In this document: piece after piece, positions 49,334-62,726 of the stretch | Position numbering within the stretch: the first letter of the stretch is position 1 | Layout: the number at the start of each line of letters is the position of its first letter | Source of the DNA: Rhizodiscina lignyota | Lineage: Eukaryota | Length of the DNA: 64,000 bases | Assembly (NCBI GenBank): GCA_010015805.1 | Contig: ML978127.1 | Location: 62,001-126,000 of the forward strand | Reading direction: 5' to 3' | Made by a program: the position numbers and the translations under genes | Notes under the pieces: generated by a model | The model's database searches: none | What the model was told of the DNA's origin: nothing | Seen by the model: the letters and a program-made list of their open reading frames with translations, nothing else

Positions 49334-51449
49334 ATGGGTTGCTGTGGAGGAGACAGAGAAAAGGGCCCAGTGTCTGAAGAGCAGAAGTGGGACTACATTG
49401 TGAGTTGCATCTCTTTACGAGAACTGCATAGCAACTGACCTGTGGATTTTAGACGCTGGACGACTTCAAATCCAAAGGCTGCTTAACGCCCTTCTCATAC
49501 GCTTGGTTGTGGATACTCATAATCATCGCCATTGGAGTCTACGCCGCCGACACTTTCACCGCCATACAATTGCTGGCTTTCAATCGATGGAGTTCCGAGG
49601 TCCAACCAGCGATTCCGTTCTCGGTCTCAAAGTGGATCTTCGCCGTTTGCATCATAATCTCGGTTGTCCTCCTGGCATATGAGTCTCTGCGAGCACTACG
49701 GGTAGTGCAAAGAGGCGGCGTGGCCGACAGCTATCTGGATCCCATAGCAGTGATATGGCAGAGCATTAGGCCTGGATCTGGAAGGGGCTGGAGGAGATTT
49801 CTGGTGTTCGCGGAGCTGACAAAGAGCAAGAAGGGCGTAGACTACACGGCGTTGTTCGTCTACTTTCAGTTCAAAGGTATGCCTCATCCGAAAACTTCCG
49901 GTCGAGATTAGAAGCTCACAGTGTATGGACAGGAGCCCTTCGCATTGTTCTTGCCGAAGGCCCCCGCCAAGTCATAAACGGAATAACATTATACTCGGTT
50001 TTTCGCCTTAATCTGCTACCTGATGGGAAGAATGCTCCGACAGACGGTCACAGCGGCATCCAGCAGTTCTGGCAGAATCTTGAGGTTCTTGCCGACAAAG
50101 ACAAGAAGCAAGCCGTCATTCTCGCTTCCATGTTGTTCACACTCGTTATCTGGGTTATTACGGCCATCCTGCTTTTGATCGCGATCGTTCTGTATATACT
50201 GTTTCTTTGGCACTACATCCCCAGCGCTGACGGGTCGCTGACGAGGTATTGCCGAAGGAAGATTGACAGCAGGTTGGATAGCATTGTCAGCAAGAAGACA
50301 AGGAAGGCGCTCGAGAAGCAGGAAGCCAAGAGAAGAAAGGAAGAAAGAAAGGCAATGAAGAACGGCGAGACTTTCGCCAAACCTACACTTCCTGACCTGG
50401 ACGACGACAAGGACTCGTTCATCTCTCGCACAGAGACGATGTCCTCTAAGCCTACTCTTGCTCGCACCGATACTTCTTTCACCAATGCCTCTACGCCTAC
50501 AATTCCGCAGATGACCCGACAGCCGACCCTGCCAGACGTTTCGGGTCGTCCGGCGCCCTCGAGATCGGCCACGGGCTCTTCGTATGCCTCAAACGCGCCC
50601 CTTCTGACTAATACGGGAGGAATGGGTTACTCTGATGAACCCGTCCCTACACTTCCGACGCCAATATCTGCCGCCTCTGAGCGTGACTACTTCTCATCGC
50701 CCTCGGACTATCACCCTGGCCCCCCAAGTCGTTCCTTGACGGGCTCAACACAACGTTCCTACGGTCCTCCCTCTGGGACTCCTGGACCGTACGGCCCTAA
50801 CGGCCCAATCACTCGTCCGCCTACCGCACAGTCTCGCCGTGGGCCAACGCCTGGCCCTCCGGCGCTGCAGCGAGTCCAGACTAGTGAGACGATGAACAGT
50901 AACTTCTCTCGTCGCGCGCCTGGTACAGGCCCCGTGACTCCTATCTCACCGTTCAACGATCCGCGAGACAGTCCACCGGAATATTTCGGCCCAAGCTACG
51001 AGATGAGTCCAGTGCGCACATCGCCTCCAGGTGGTACGCCAATGGGCGCCGTATATGACTATCAGCGTCCACCTACTCGTACTGGCCCGAGTCCCGCACC
51101 ATCATTTGCATCCGCTCCAGGATCTCGGCCACCACCGCGTTCCATACCCGAACGCTCAGGTACAGCTCCACCCCGCCCTTCAGCCACTCCGGCGCCGGCA
51201 AACGGAGGATATGTCGCCTTCAATCCGAACATGCATGCTCCGGCCGCGCCACCCAGCAGCGGAACGCCTGCACCACCTCCGATCAGGAACTTTTCGTCGC
51301 CGGTCCATGCAGCACCCAGAGCGAACACGGCCCAAGACTTTGAAGCCCCGACGAGGAGTTTTACGAGTCCGGTGATGCCACGGTTGCCGGAGGGTCCGAC
51401 CGGTAGGAGTGGTACAGCGCCTGGTGGATATGGTGGGGCTGAGTGGTGA
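49334..51449 (+). CDS. Kch1/Prm6-like fungal potassium transporter family protein
   Basis: EQKWDYI|TLDDFK, YAADTFTAIQLLAFNRWSS, WRRFLVFAELTKSKKG, LAEGPRQVIN, YCRRKIDSRL; long Pro-rich tail; two introns. Confidence 0.8.
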
Positions 51450-52040
51450 GAGTAGATAGGCACATGTGGATGCCTTTGATTCATGAGCTTATGATGGGGT
51501 TCGATCTAGAATCAGGCGTTTTTATTGTAACTTACGAATGAGGGTGGCGGTTTGGGGCCTAATGTTGATATGCGGACACTTTTTCCCCATTGTGCGTGGG
51601 ATGTTTCCCTCAATATGGCGGGCGAAAAGCACACTTTGATAGTGAATATGATTCTGAGATACCCAGTACTTCAATTCACCATCAAATCTAACAGTACTTT
51701 ACGCTGTCAAATCGACATTGTTCGCAGCTCCGAAACGTAGACTATTTTTTGACTTGTCCTTCTCTATGAGAGAATATACTCATTCCCGTTCTCGATATCA
51801 TAATCCGACAGCATCTAGTCTCTCCCTTTAGTTTACATGAACAATGGATAAATAGATCACTGTTGATACGAGATTAATTTGTGGTCCGTCCAAGGCGGCC
51901 GTAAGGGACACCGCAAGTTGCTCATCCGTCATCCATCTCGGATGACCAGGCAGACGTCCTATTCGCACAACGGAAATACTATACAACGGAAATATTACAT
52001 GAACTTCCGATAATTGCGGCATTTCAATACAATACAGCTT

Positions 52041-53477
52041 TCAGCTCTCCGCAGGCTTTGTGCGATAGTATTGCGTGAAGTCATGCATGACGGTATTCGC
52101 ACCCTGAGATTAAGTGTCAGCTATATCGGAGTCGCCCTTCTCCTACCATTCTCAAGATCAGGTTCACTCACAAGCGCCATATCCCGGCTCATTTTCCCTG
52201 TCTTGTCTGCCTCCGCTTTCTTGAGCAAATTGAAGAAATCGTCGTTCCCAATTGCCTCTGGCGAGGGATCCCACAGTCGCATGATATTCCCGCTGCTGAT
52301 GGGATCTATGACTTTCCAATACTTCTCACGGCGAATCTCGTCGTACTTGTCCAGAATACTGTCGTCTGCTTGGCCACTGTAAATGCCGTAGAGACAATCG
52401 TAAAGACCACCGACGTCCGCAAAGCCGCCGGTAAGACCCATGCCTCCGCTGGTTAAAGACTCAGCACGTTTTCGATGTTTTGAGGATAATGCGGATAAGC
52501 TGGTAGCCTGGTACTCACAATGGGTTGCATAAATGTGCAGCGTCGGCCGCGAGCAGAAATTTCCCGACCCTCAGTTTCTCGGCGCAACGCTGGTGGATCT
52601 TATATGGGCTGAAGTTGACCATCTTGTACTCGCTGGGCTCTGGAGCGCCTGGCACAAACGCCTTGTACTTCTCCGGCTGGCGTACGAGCATTTCTTCCCT
52701 GGTGAGGTTGCCCTCTTCAGCATATGTCGCACGCAGCATGCCATCATTGGAGATTTGTGCAATCATGGAGAAATGCTTTGGGTCGATCATGAAGTTGGAG
52801 CTGGTAGTCCAGTTGAACTCTTTCAAGCGGGGATAATACACCTGATCCCGATGTCAGCAATCTGCTCTTGCGGACCGAAGGGTAGGAGAGCGTACATTTG
52901 TCGCTACAATCTGCTTGTCCCAAGTCTTGCCTGGGAAATTACCAGGCCCGAAGAGCTCTCGCCGAATCTTACTGTTACCGCCGTCGCAGCCGATGATATA
53001 CGTTGCGGAGAATTTCTTCTCGCCGTCCGGCGTCTTGACGTCAACCCAAGCATGCTTGTCATCCTGTCCAATGCCAGTGACTTCGTGATTAAGCAATATC
53101 TCCGCGCTAGGATACTTCTCCAGATGGCTCGCAATCAGAGGAAGCAGTTCGTCTAATGGTAGCGACACCTGCCGCATGTCGTCTGGTAGGCCTTCGCTGT
53201 GAATGCCACAGATGTACGTCCCATCGATATGGCGCCAACTCACGCCGCTTGCCAGGAATGCTTTCGACTTGACGTCGTCCATAATGCCAGCTCGCCTGAA
53301 TTCGTGTCTGGCAGGCTCGCTGTAGAAGGATGCCCGAGGCTGCTTGTCGATTTCGTGGCTCCTTTCTAAAATGGTGACTTTGATAGATTGCTTTGCAAGA
53401 AGGAGCGCCAAGAGGAGGCCCGAAGGACCAGCGCCCACGATAATGATATTGAAGTCATCACTTGCTTTCGATGGCAT
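52041..53477 (-). CDS. FAD-dependent monooxygenase (aromatic hydroxylase, FAD_binding_3 type)
   Basis: [42 protein letters not shown]; three introns; stop at 52041. Confidence 0.9.
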
Positions 53478-54639
53478 TGTTGCGATGTATGTGTAAGATT
53501 ATTTACCTTCTATTATCGAGAATTCTACTGCTCTTTCTTAATGAGAGGGAAACGCAGCCGAAGGTCTTTAAGGTATGGGCTTAAAATTGATAGACAAGAG
53601 AGGAAGTATACAGAAAATCTACCCTACATATTTCTATTACGCCTTGATCGCGGAACGCGTGATGTCGATCATGGCACAGCGCGTCTTCGGTACATACTGT
53701 CTATCAGATGCCGAAGGATTGTGTGGGGAAGCATGTGGGGAATCCCTGACGACGATGTAGTGTAGGATAAGGATTCTCCGTGAAAGACCTCAGTGATCAG
53801 ATATCTGTGTCGTAGAGGCTTCTCGTACGACAGCCAAAATCGCGAATAACATAGGAGGGAGGGTTGTCAGTTAGCTGAGATCGTCGTAAGTAAAGATCTA
53901 AGTAAAGCTGGATCTCAGACGTCGGGCTGAAACAACCAAGAAATCTGCTTACCTCCTAGCCAAATTGAGGACATGCTCTCTCCAACGTATGCCATTTCGA
54001 AGCTGTTGCATAATCCCGCTAGCTTTGAAAAAGGGTTTCTTCTGTTTGAACTGCTCCCCACTTATGTGTTTGATGAGCGTAGAGACCACTCAATCCTTTG
54101 CCAGCCATTTAACGACTCTAACTTGTCTTGACATGAAAGTCTTGCCAGCCCTAGGCATTTGCTTGTCGTGTACGACTCGGGAGCTAGTTCTATGGATTCG
54201 AATACGTATAGGTAACCGGTAGCACTTTGTGCTCAATTATAACCCTTATAAATCACCATCACATTCCTCTTCTCAAGTGGACCATGCGAAAGATACAAGC
54301 GTGACGAATCTTGGTGGCCCGCCCGTTACGTACATAGAACCAATAACTTGGTATCCTTTTTCTCTTCAGGGACCGGGCATGCAATTAGCAATTTCCGTAC
54401 TCTTTTTATGGCTTACAGCATGCCCTTTCATTGGGTCTATTCCTCTTTTTATGATCTTCATCATCGGTTCTTAACCTCCGCTCTTCGCGTCCATTCTTCC
54501 GCAAGCTCCCCGCGCGGTGATCAGTCCGGGGTTTAGAAAGAAGATGCATATTCAAATCAGTTAATATATTTATGTGGAAGCATGGCACCCCAAAATCCAG
54601 ACCCCAAGCTTGTGGTAGGGCAACCTTCAATGCGACAAC

Positions 54640-56169
54640 ATGTCGGGCGAGGCGAAAACAACGGATGCGGTCCACGCTGAGACCACGAACAATATTGATC
54701 CCTCAGAACCGCCAGAAAAGACTCTTGCACAAGACCAAGCTGCTCTCGATCTTTCTGCTACCGTTCTCACCACCACTGCTTACGAGTACAGCGAGAAAGA
54801 TGCGACCCGCGTGCGATGGAAGATCGACACACACCTGATGCCCGTGCTGTTCTTCACGGGCATGATGTCTGCTGTCGACAAGATCATCATCTCCAATGCT
54901 GCACTCTACGGTCTCAAGGCTGACCTGCATCTCACTGGATCTCAGTATAGCTGGGTTGGCAGCATCATCTCCTTCGGTATCCTAGCCGCTGAATGGCCCG
55001 GTGCGTACATCGTACAGCGCTATCGCCTGAGTCGCGTTGTCGCCACAATAGTGGTGATGTGGGGCGTCATGGCATGCCTAACAGCCGTGGCCAAGGACTT
55101 CTCCAGTCTGATGGCGCTGCGGTTCCTCCTGGGACTGTTCGAGGGCCCTATTTTCCCTGCCTGTCAGGTATACGTTGTGATGATGTACAAGGCGGACGAG
55201 CAACCCCTGCGAATCGCCATATATCTCGCCTCCCTTGCAACGCTCTTCATCGGCCCGTTGAGCTACGGCATCGGCCGCAGCACTGGCGCATCTATTGCGA
55301 CGTGGAAGCTACTGTATATCACGGTCGGAGGCGTCACATTTCTTTGGGGCATCGCGTTGTTCTTCTTGCTACCAGACAACCCAGCCACATGGCGCATCCT
55401 TTCGGACCGTGAGCGCTATATTGCAATCGACCGTGTACGCGTGAACAGGACCGGTATTGAAAACAAGAAAGTCAAGTGGTATCAGGTCCGTGAGGCCTTC
55501 CTGGATCCGAAGTCTTGGGTTCTGTTATGCGGGCAAGTCCTGATCTGCACGTTCCTGGGCGGTTTGACGACCTTCGCTGCACTCATTGTGAACAACTTGG
55601 GCTTCTCGCCGCTCCAGACTGTACTACTCGGGATGCCCACCGGCGTGATCCAGACGGCGTCATCCATCATTGTGTCGTATGTCGGTACCATCTGGCCCAA
55701 TACGCGCTGCATATTCATCTCCGCAACGTGTTTGATTCCGCTCGTGGGCACGGCGCTGATCTGGAAGCTACCTGAGGACGCAAAATTCGCACGGCTTGGC
55801 GTGTACTATGTTATCTACCTGTTCTGGGGCGCGTACACACTCTCTGCCTCTCTCCCGGCCGTCAATACCTCAGGACACAGCAAAAAAGTGACACTGTACG
55901 CTATGACTTTCGTGGCATACACAACGGGATTGATTATCGGACCACAATATTTCTCGAAAAGCTTTAATAATGGCTACGTGGCGTTGATGAGCAGTGCGGC
56001 GATAGCTTCCTTGCTGTTTTTGTGTTATGCTTTGATCTGTGTATGGGAGAATAGGAGGAAAGACAAAGCCGTTGCGGCGGGCAAGTTTGACAATATGAAT
56101 CATGGCGTGGATGAGGATTTGCTGGACTTGAGTGAGACGGAAAAGAGAGATTTCAGGTATCAGTTCTAG
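54640..56169 (+). CDS. MFS anion:cation symporter (allantoate permease/Dal5-like)
   Basis: WKIDTHLMP, YSWVGSI, LRFLLGLFE, FFLLPDNP, RVRVNRTGIENK, NTSGHSKK, WENRRKD. Confidence 0.9.
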   Translation: MSGEAKTTDAVHAETTNNIDPSEPPEKTLAQDQAALDLSATVLTTTAYEYSEKDATRVRWKIDTHLMPVLFFTGMMSAVDKIIISNAALYGLKADLHLTGSQYSWVGSIISFGILAAEWPGAYIVQRYRLSRVVATIVVMWGVMACLTAVAKDFSSLMALRFLLGLFEGPIFPACQVYVVMMYKADEQPLRIAIYLASLATLFIGPLSYGIGRSTGASIATWKLLYITVGGVTFLWGIALFFLLPDNPATWRILSDRERYIAIDRVRVNRTGIENKKVKWYQVREAFLDPKSWVLLCGQVLICTFLGGLTTFAALIVNNLGFSPLQTVLLGMPTGVIQTASSIIVSYVGTIWPNTRCIFISATCLIPLVGTALIWKLPEDAKFARLGVYYVIYLFWGAYTLSASLPAVNTSGHSKKVTLYAMTFVAYTTGLIIGPQYFSKSFNNGYVALMSSAAIASLLFLCYALICVWENRRKDKAVAAGKFDNMNHGVDEDLLDLSETEKRDFRYQF

Positions 56170-56340
56170 GACACTGGGGAGCACCTAGGTAGTGAGCCGG
56201 TTGAGACAAACCTCTCAATTATGCAATGCTTGAATGTTTATGACCTCTCTGAACACCGCGCTTGCTCTTTTTAAGCATGCAGATAATATACAAGAGTGCT
56301 TCCGTTCACCAGTATATTTTGCCCCTGCGGCGATCTTCTT

Positions 56341-57915
56341 CTAGCCCCTCTCGCTGCCTCGTAACCGGACAGCTTGCCCGTATTTCTGCAACTTCGTGAT
56401 GAGCTGATCGCCCTGCTTCACCACATCATTGTATTGCTTGTTCTTGTCGTCTGGCCTGTTCGTTTCGATGATGCCGTTGACGCGGTCGATGGTGCAAGGA
56501 ACGCGGTCTGTTGCGATGAAGTTGGAGAGGTCCCTGTTATTGTGTAAGCAAGCCCGTCCACCAAATGAGGAGAGGAGAAATATGTACTTGTCAAGGAAGT
56601 CCACCGACACACCAAAATCGTTTGCCATGCTGTTGAGACCCACCACGCGATAACTTTGGAGCAACTGTTGATAGCCGCGCAGCCTCATCTCGCGCACGTA
56701 CCAGCGGCCATGCTCGTAGAGGTATCGATCATCGCAAAGGAAATTCTCCTCTACTTGTCCCAGCGCGGTGAAGAACGAGCTGTAGTTACCGTTGTACAAG
56801 CTGGCTACGAGATTTGCAAGTGGCTTGAAATCCACTGTTATCTCAGCGTCTACCTGTGCTGCGGTTGAGCCAAGAGCTGTCAGGTTGACCGCGGTTGTGC
56901 CTGGTGTCGTGGTTGTAACCATCGTATCCGTCATCTCTTCATCTCCTGCTGATGGCCCAGACGATAGAGCGCCGGATAATGCAGACAGTTTCTCATCGCT
57001 CTCTCCGAGGATCGCCTTGATTTCTGGCGCATCGACGACCTTTGACTTAAAGTCAACCCGCTTCAGTGAAACTGATCCGGCGAGCACAGCATAGATGACA
57101 AGTGATGAGTATGGGCAGAGCTCGTAGCTTGTGAATGTCGAGAGACTGTCGAGAAGAAGGGGTGCCGCGAGGCCATGGGAACGGACGGTGAGAAGGTGCA
57201 GGCCGTGATAAGCCTTTAGACGATTCCGGCGATCCCAATCACCACCGCTCTCGACGAGGGCACTAGCACGTTCGATGTTCTTCTTGACCAGAACCTTGTC
57301 TCCGAAGAAGAGACCAACTCGAATTATCGCGAGGACAAGATCTATCTTCGTCCCCAGTATGCCCGTCTTCTCAAACACCGCCTCGTACGCTGCTATTGCT
57401 TTATCCTAGAAGCAATATCAGTGACCTATTGGACATACCGTGTGAAATGAAGCTCTTACCTTGTCGCCAACTCTCGTCCAGAACTCTGCTCTCTTTCCTC
57501 GAGCACTCTGAATCTCTGTTTCGCCAGCCTTCTCGGTCGCCTCATCCTCCTCCTTCTGAATAGCCTCGAGCTCCTTCTCGTTATCCGCTTTCAGCTCCTC
57601 ATATAGTTTCTCGTCCCACGGCAGCGCCATACTAAGTGATGGTCTTCTCGTTGCCAGAAGTGTGGTGGCGCTTGACGAAGCTCGCCTTAGCTGTCCAGGC
57701 TGTTGCACCGTTCCCTCGCCGCGAACATTCATGATGCCATCGACCGGGTGTGCCAGATGCCGGTATAGTGGCGCCATCTTCTGCTCTTTGATCGCATTTT
57801 GGAGTGCGGTGAGGGACGACTGCTGTTTGGCTTTCGACGAGGATGGATTCGTAATGTGGAAAATGTGCTGCGAGAGCTGGAGGTCGGGATACTTCGCGAA
57901 CTGAGGGTCACCCAT
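56341..57915 (-). CDS. RPN7: 26S proteasome lid subunit
   Basis: MAPLYRHL, GGDWDRRNRLKAY, LDSLSTFTSYEL, YVREMRLRGYQQLLQSY, IETNRPDDKN; two introns. Confidence 0.95.
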
Positions 57916-58440
57916 GGCTGCTCTGGATGCGTTTGGGGTTGGAGAAGAGGTGTGAGGGAAATGGTAGGTCTTCTGAGAGCTTTTGATATAGAAAAGGCGT
58001 GTAGCTGGAAGCTTCACGGAGTGTCGGGGTATAGTAATTGCCGCGCGTCTATCGCCTAAACTTCGGCAAAGGCGACTGGGGACATTAACGGTCCTTTTCT
58101 CTACGACGACAACAGTTCTTGGAGTTGAAAGACATATTCCAACCCGTCAGTGCAATCCATGGTCTTCGAAGGCCAAAGTGGACACCTATCTTTGCTTCAT
58201 ACGTGCCGTACATTGCCTTACGAGGCCAAGAGATGTTCGACCGGGGCGTCGATTATCGGCTTATTTCTCATGTAGAAGCGGAGATTCGCAGAACCGGCCG
58301 TTGCTCGGTCTTTCTCCAGTCCAAAGGCGTAAGGGAGACTTGAAATTCCGTGATCGTGACCTCAAAGCGAACCGATCTTAAAACGTCCACATCTTTCTTT
58401 CCAAGCCGTTAGTTCACAGTTAAGCGTTATTGACGTCAGT

Positions 58441-59494
58441 ATGGCTCCTGTTAGCCAGTCTGTGATCGTCTTCGGCGGAACTGGCAAGATTGGGACGTAC
58501 ATTGTCGATGAGCTCTTAAAGTCCAGCAAATTTTCTATCGCCCTCTTCACTTCTCCCAATACTGTGCAGACGAAGGCCGACCAGATCGAGGCTTTGAAGA
58601 AGCGAGGATCTCGAATCATTGTTGGTGACGTACATAACGAACAGAACGTCAAGAACGCATACAAAGGCACGCATGTATCAAATGTAGCTATCATTCGAAT
58701 CTAATGTACAGCCAGATTTTGACACAGTTGTCAGTGCAGTCGGCAGGCCCGTGATACTTGACCAGATCGATCTCCTCAAGTGGGCAGAGGAAACGCCGAA
58801 TATCAAGCGCTTCTACCCATCCGAATATGGAACGGATATCGAATACGGCCCTCAGTCTGTCAATGAGAAGCCCCATCAGCTCAAGCTGAAGGTCAGAGCT
58901 TTTGTCAGAGAAAATATCAAGAGGCTTGAATATACTTACCTGGTCACGGGGCCTTATTCAGACATGTTCTTCGACGTATCAGGCAAGGATCAAAGAGCTG
59001 GGAGTTTTGATTTGGATGCCAAAAAATCAGTTCTACTTGGCACAGGGAATGATAAGATCAGTTTCACCACCATGAGAGAGTAAGTGAAGTAGTGAAGCCA
59101 AAAGCCTCAGCCGGCACTAACGAATGACAGTGTTGGAAGGCTCCTCGTCGCCTCTCTGCTTCACCCAGAGGAGTCGCGCAACAAGGCATTGAAGGTGAAC
59201 TCGTTCACGACTACTCCAAACGAAATACTTGCAGAGTTTGAACGACAGACTGGGGGTCAAAAGTGGGAGGTCAGCTACACTCCATTGGATGAGCTCAAAC
59301 AAATCGAGCAGGAAGCGTGGGAGAAAGGCGTGCCATGGGCGACAGGGTACACTCTTCGGCGAATATGGACAGAGGGCGGAACGCTCTACGAGAAACGTGA
59401 CAACGAGGCGATAGATGGCACGGATGTTGATACCTTGCAAGTCGCTGTGGCGGCCTGGATTAAGGAGCAGGATACTGGTAAAGCGAGCCTGTAA
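58441..59494 (+). CDS. NmrA/isoflavone reductase-like NAD(P)-binding protein
   Basis: [44 protein letters not shown]; two introns. Confidence 0.88.
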
Positions 59495-60182
59495 AGCCGG
59501 TGTGCTTAGCTTCGCAAGATAACAGAATGCTCTTGATGTAAGCGGAATTTGGACAAATGTCAAGCAGTGCCAAGCAGCTGTATCGAAACAGGTCTAAACT
59601 GTCATTCAACTATTACATTGATTCAACGTACGAGCTCTTCCCAAATGTTCGAGGATTAATTGTTCTCAGCATTTAAATCATTCTTGTTCTCGAAGTCATT
59701 GGCATCCAATATAACCCGTCAGGTTGTCCTCGTACTCAGACCGGCGCTCCCGAAATGCGTTTGGATTTGGAATGATCCTGCAGTTCATTTGATACCTAAA
59801 CAGTCATGCTCCCGATTTCTGGTCTCCAGTATTCCCAAGTGCAGTTAAGTCTCCTTATTAATGTCGAAGAGATTTCTTCCCATAATCTTGTCGTGCCTTT
59901 GTATGTGTTCTCGACGAATTATGATGTAAAGTGCAGGGATTAAGGTTTCGCCACATCTTAGATCTCGCATGTTGCAATTGCTCACCTCAAACTGTAAGCC
60001 AATTGTAGACATATATATACAAGCAGATAGTTCCTTCATCATGACATCATTGCCAAATTTATACATATACAGACTCGAACAGTCACTCAGGCCACCCTGG
60101 TCATCTATGTCAGCTACCTTCGATGAGCCCACCCGTTCGCAACATACTAGGGAATTTGATCAGATTAAAGATATTACCAACC

Positions 60183-61088
60183 ATGACTACAACAACTACG
60201 AAGACGTCGCTCTCCGAAGATGGCCCCAAGCCCGCTGGTCAGACACCTCGGACAGTCCAAGAGTTCCAAGAGAAAGGCCTTGCACACGCTCGTCATGCAG
60301 AAAAATTACCCGCGACTCAACGGTGTAGAGTAGAGCCGCTGAAAATCGAAGTCCAAGACGGGCCAAACGGTTTTGTACCAGGATTCTTGCATCTTCCCAC
60401 TGGCTTCGCGAAAGGTCTGGCAACCTCTCCGAACCAGACAGCGGCTATCTTGCTTTCCGGTGCCGGCGGAGGAGTCGTAGGTCCAAGCAGCATGTACCTC
60501 AGCATCGCGGACAAGCTTGCTAGCCTGGCAAATGGCATTCCATGCCTCCGGCTAGACTACCGCTATCCTGCACGGAATCGGTATTGCGTGCGCGATGTTT
60601 TCACCGCAATGGACCTGCTGCAGGACATGTATGGTCTACGGCGCTTTGTACTGGTGGGATGGAGCTTTGGCGGCGCACCGGTATTCACCGCCGGTGGTAC
60701 CGATGAGAGAGTTGTTGGGTGTGCGACTGTTGCTAGCCAGACGGCCGAGACGGAGGGCATCAAGCGGTTGAGCCCTCGGCCAGTGCTGTTGCTCCATGGG
60801 ACAGGCGATAAGACGCTGAGTCCGAGCTGTTCTCAGCGGTTGTATGATTGGTACGGGACTCAAGGAGACAGGACACTCAGACTCTTTGATGGAGATGATC
60901 ATGCTTTGACGAGAAATGCCGAGAAAGCGGAAATATTGATTAGCAGGTTCATCGCTACGTGCGCTGGACTGAAGGTGGATGAGATGGAACAGAAGCGCGT
61001 CTTGGAAAGTAAATTACTTGAAGACGGTGATAGGATTGAGAATATGAGGAAGGGTGGTGATCTCACAGGCCAAGAGCACCTGGAGTAG
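60183..61088 (+). CDS. Alpha/beta hydrolase fold protein
   Basis: LVGWSFGG nucleophile elbow, LLLHGTGD and GDDH give a Ser-Asp-His triad. Start at 60123 or 60183. Confidence 0.82.
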   Translation: MTTTTTKTSLSEDGPKPAGQTPRTVQEFQEKGLAHARHAEKLPATQRCRVEPLKIEVQDGPNGFVPGFLHLPTGFAKGLATSPNQTAAILLSGAGGGVVGPSSMYLSIADKLASLANGIPCLRLDYRYPARNRYCVRDVFTAMDLLQDMYGLRRFVLVGWSFGGAPVFTAGGTDERVVGCATVASQTAETEGIKRLSPRPVLLLHGTGDKTLSPSCSQRLYDWYGTQGDRTLRLFDGDDHALTRNAEKAEILISRFIATCAGLKVDEMEQKRVLESKLLEDGDRIENMRKGGDLTGQEHLE

Positions 61089-61610
61089 CAAAAGGCATAA
61101 CTACCAACTAATGATCAGTTCCGACTATAAAGTATCCGCTTCTGGCTTTCTAAATCATCTCAGGTCTTCACCAATTTCGTCTCGATTTTAAGGAGGTCAT
61201 CAGAAGGACGAGTTTGTGCCCGTGATAGAACGCAATCGGTTTTCTAAGAAGAGACAATTGGTTGTTGTAGAGCTAGAGTTATTCCTGTTCTCACTACACT
61301 GTGCATCAGGTTGAGCGAATACCAAATGAATGAATGTTGCATGAGACAAAACCCTTCAGGACTTTGGGACTCCATAAAGTTACTGAGCGCTGATTGGCGG
61401 TATGCTGAGTCATTAGTCGCTTAGGCCTGTGCGCATCAGTGCCAAGACCGGGGCTGAAGCTGGGGCTTTAAGGCCTCATCTCTTATTCTCTTTGACAACT
61501 CACAGCTCCCAGCACTTCAACAACAAGCACAAAGTCTCCACGCCGAATCAACAACATCCGCACCAGCTTGATAGAGGACGTTCTCTATCAATCAAAGAGA
61601 CCCTACAGCC

Positions 61611-62726
61611 ATGGATCCGCCGCCTCCGCAGGAAGAACCACCAAAGTCACCCCCCCGCAAGCGGCCAGGTCGCACGAGCGTGTTACCAGCAGCCAAACGC
61701 AAGCGTGATGAGGAGGAGGAACAGCCCGATTCGCGACCGCAGAAGCAGAAGCAGCCCGCCAACAAAGTTCCTGACCGCGGAGTTGAAAATATCGTTCGTG
61801 AACATTACAACAATGTGCCAGAACGCGGCGCTAAATGGCGCACAACCGACTCAAAGATCACTGGCTTGCGAGTCTATAACAATTGGTGCAAGTCGGTCCT
61901 GATCAACAAAGCAGGACATGGAACGCATCGCGCCAATGTGCTTGATATTGGATGCGGCAAGGGTGGAGACCTGCAGAAATGGGCACCGCAACACATTGCG
62001 AACTACATCGGCCTCGACATCGCGGATGTCTCCATTCAACAAGCAAAAGAGCGGTACCGAGAAGGCTTCAACAAACGAAAGCTCCGGTTCCATGCAGACT
62101 TCATCGCGAGAGACTGCTTTTCGGGTACTCTCGCAGACGTTCCCCAAGTGGCATCCATCGGGTACGACACATCAGGCGGAGATAGATGGGCCCAAGGTGG
62201 AGGTTTTGACGTCGTATCTATCATGTTCGTCATGCATTACGCATTCGAATCCGAACAGAAGGCACGAACGATGCTTCAAAACGTTTCAAATAGCTTGAAG
62301 AAGGGCGGCAAGTTTATCGGAGTCATCCCAAATTCCGACGTGATCTCGGACAAGGTTGCGAAGGGTAGTAAGGAGTGGGGCAACAGCATCTACAGCGTGC
62401 GGTTCCCTGGAGAGGTCCCATCAGATGGAGTGTTCAGGCCACCGTTTGGTTGGAAATACATATATCATCTTGAGGAGGCGGTTGATGCACCGGAGTACGT
62501 CATCCCCTGGGAGTCGCTGAGAGGACTTGCAGAAGACTACAACCTCGAGCTTGAATTTCGAATGCCGTTTAAGGAAATTTGGGAGGAGGAGAAGGACGAC
62601 CGAGAATTTGGCATGCTAGCAGAGAAGATGAGGGTCAAAGATCCTCGGACAGGAGAATTGCGCGCGTCAAAAGAGGAGTTGGAGGCGGCGTATCTTTACC
62701 AAGGGTTCATTTTCTATAAGGTCTAG
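61611..62726 (+). CDS. ABD1: mRNA cap guanine-N7 methyltransferase
   Basis: VREHYN, LRVYNNWCKS, VLDIGCGKGGDLQKW, MHYAFESE, GNSIYSVRF, PEYVIPW. Confidence 0.95.
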   Translation: MDPPPPQEEPPKSPPRKRPGRTSVLPAAKRKRDEEEEQPDSRPQKQKQPANKVPDRGVENIVREHYNNVPERGAKWRTTDSKITGLRVYNNWCKSVLINKAGHGTHRANVLDIGCGKGGDLQKWAPQHIANYIGLDIADVSIQQAKERYREGFNKRKLRFHADFIARDCFSGTLADVPQVASIGYDTSGGDRWAQGGGFDVVSIMFVMHYAFESEQKARTMLQNVSNSLKKGGKFIGVIPNSDVISDKVAKGSKEWGNSIYSVRFPGEVPSDGVFRPPFGWKYIYHLEEAVDAPEYVIPWESLRGLAEDYNLELEFRMPFKEIWEEEKDDREFGMLAEKMRVKDPRTGELRASKEELEAAYLYQGFIFYKV

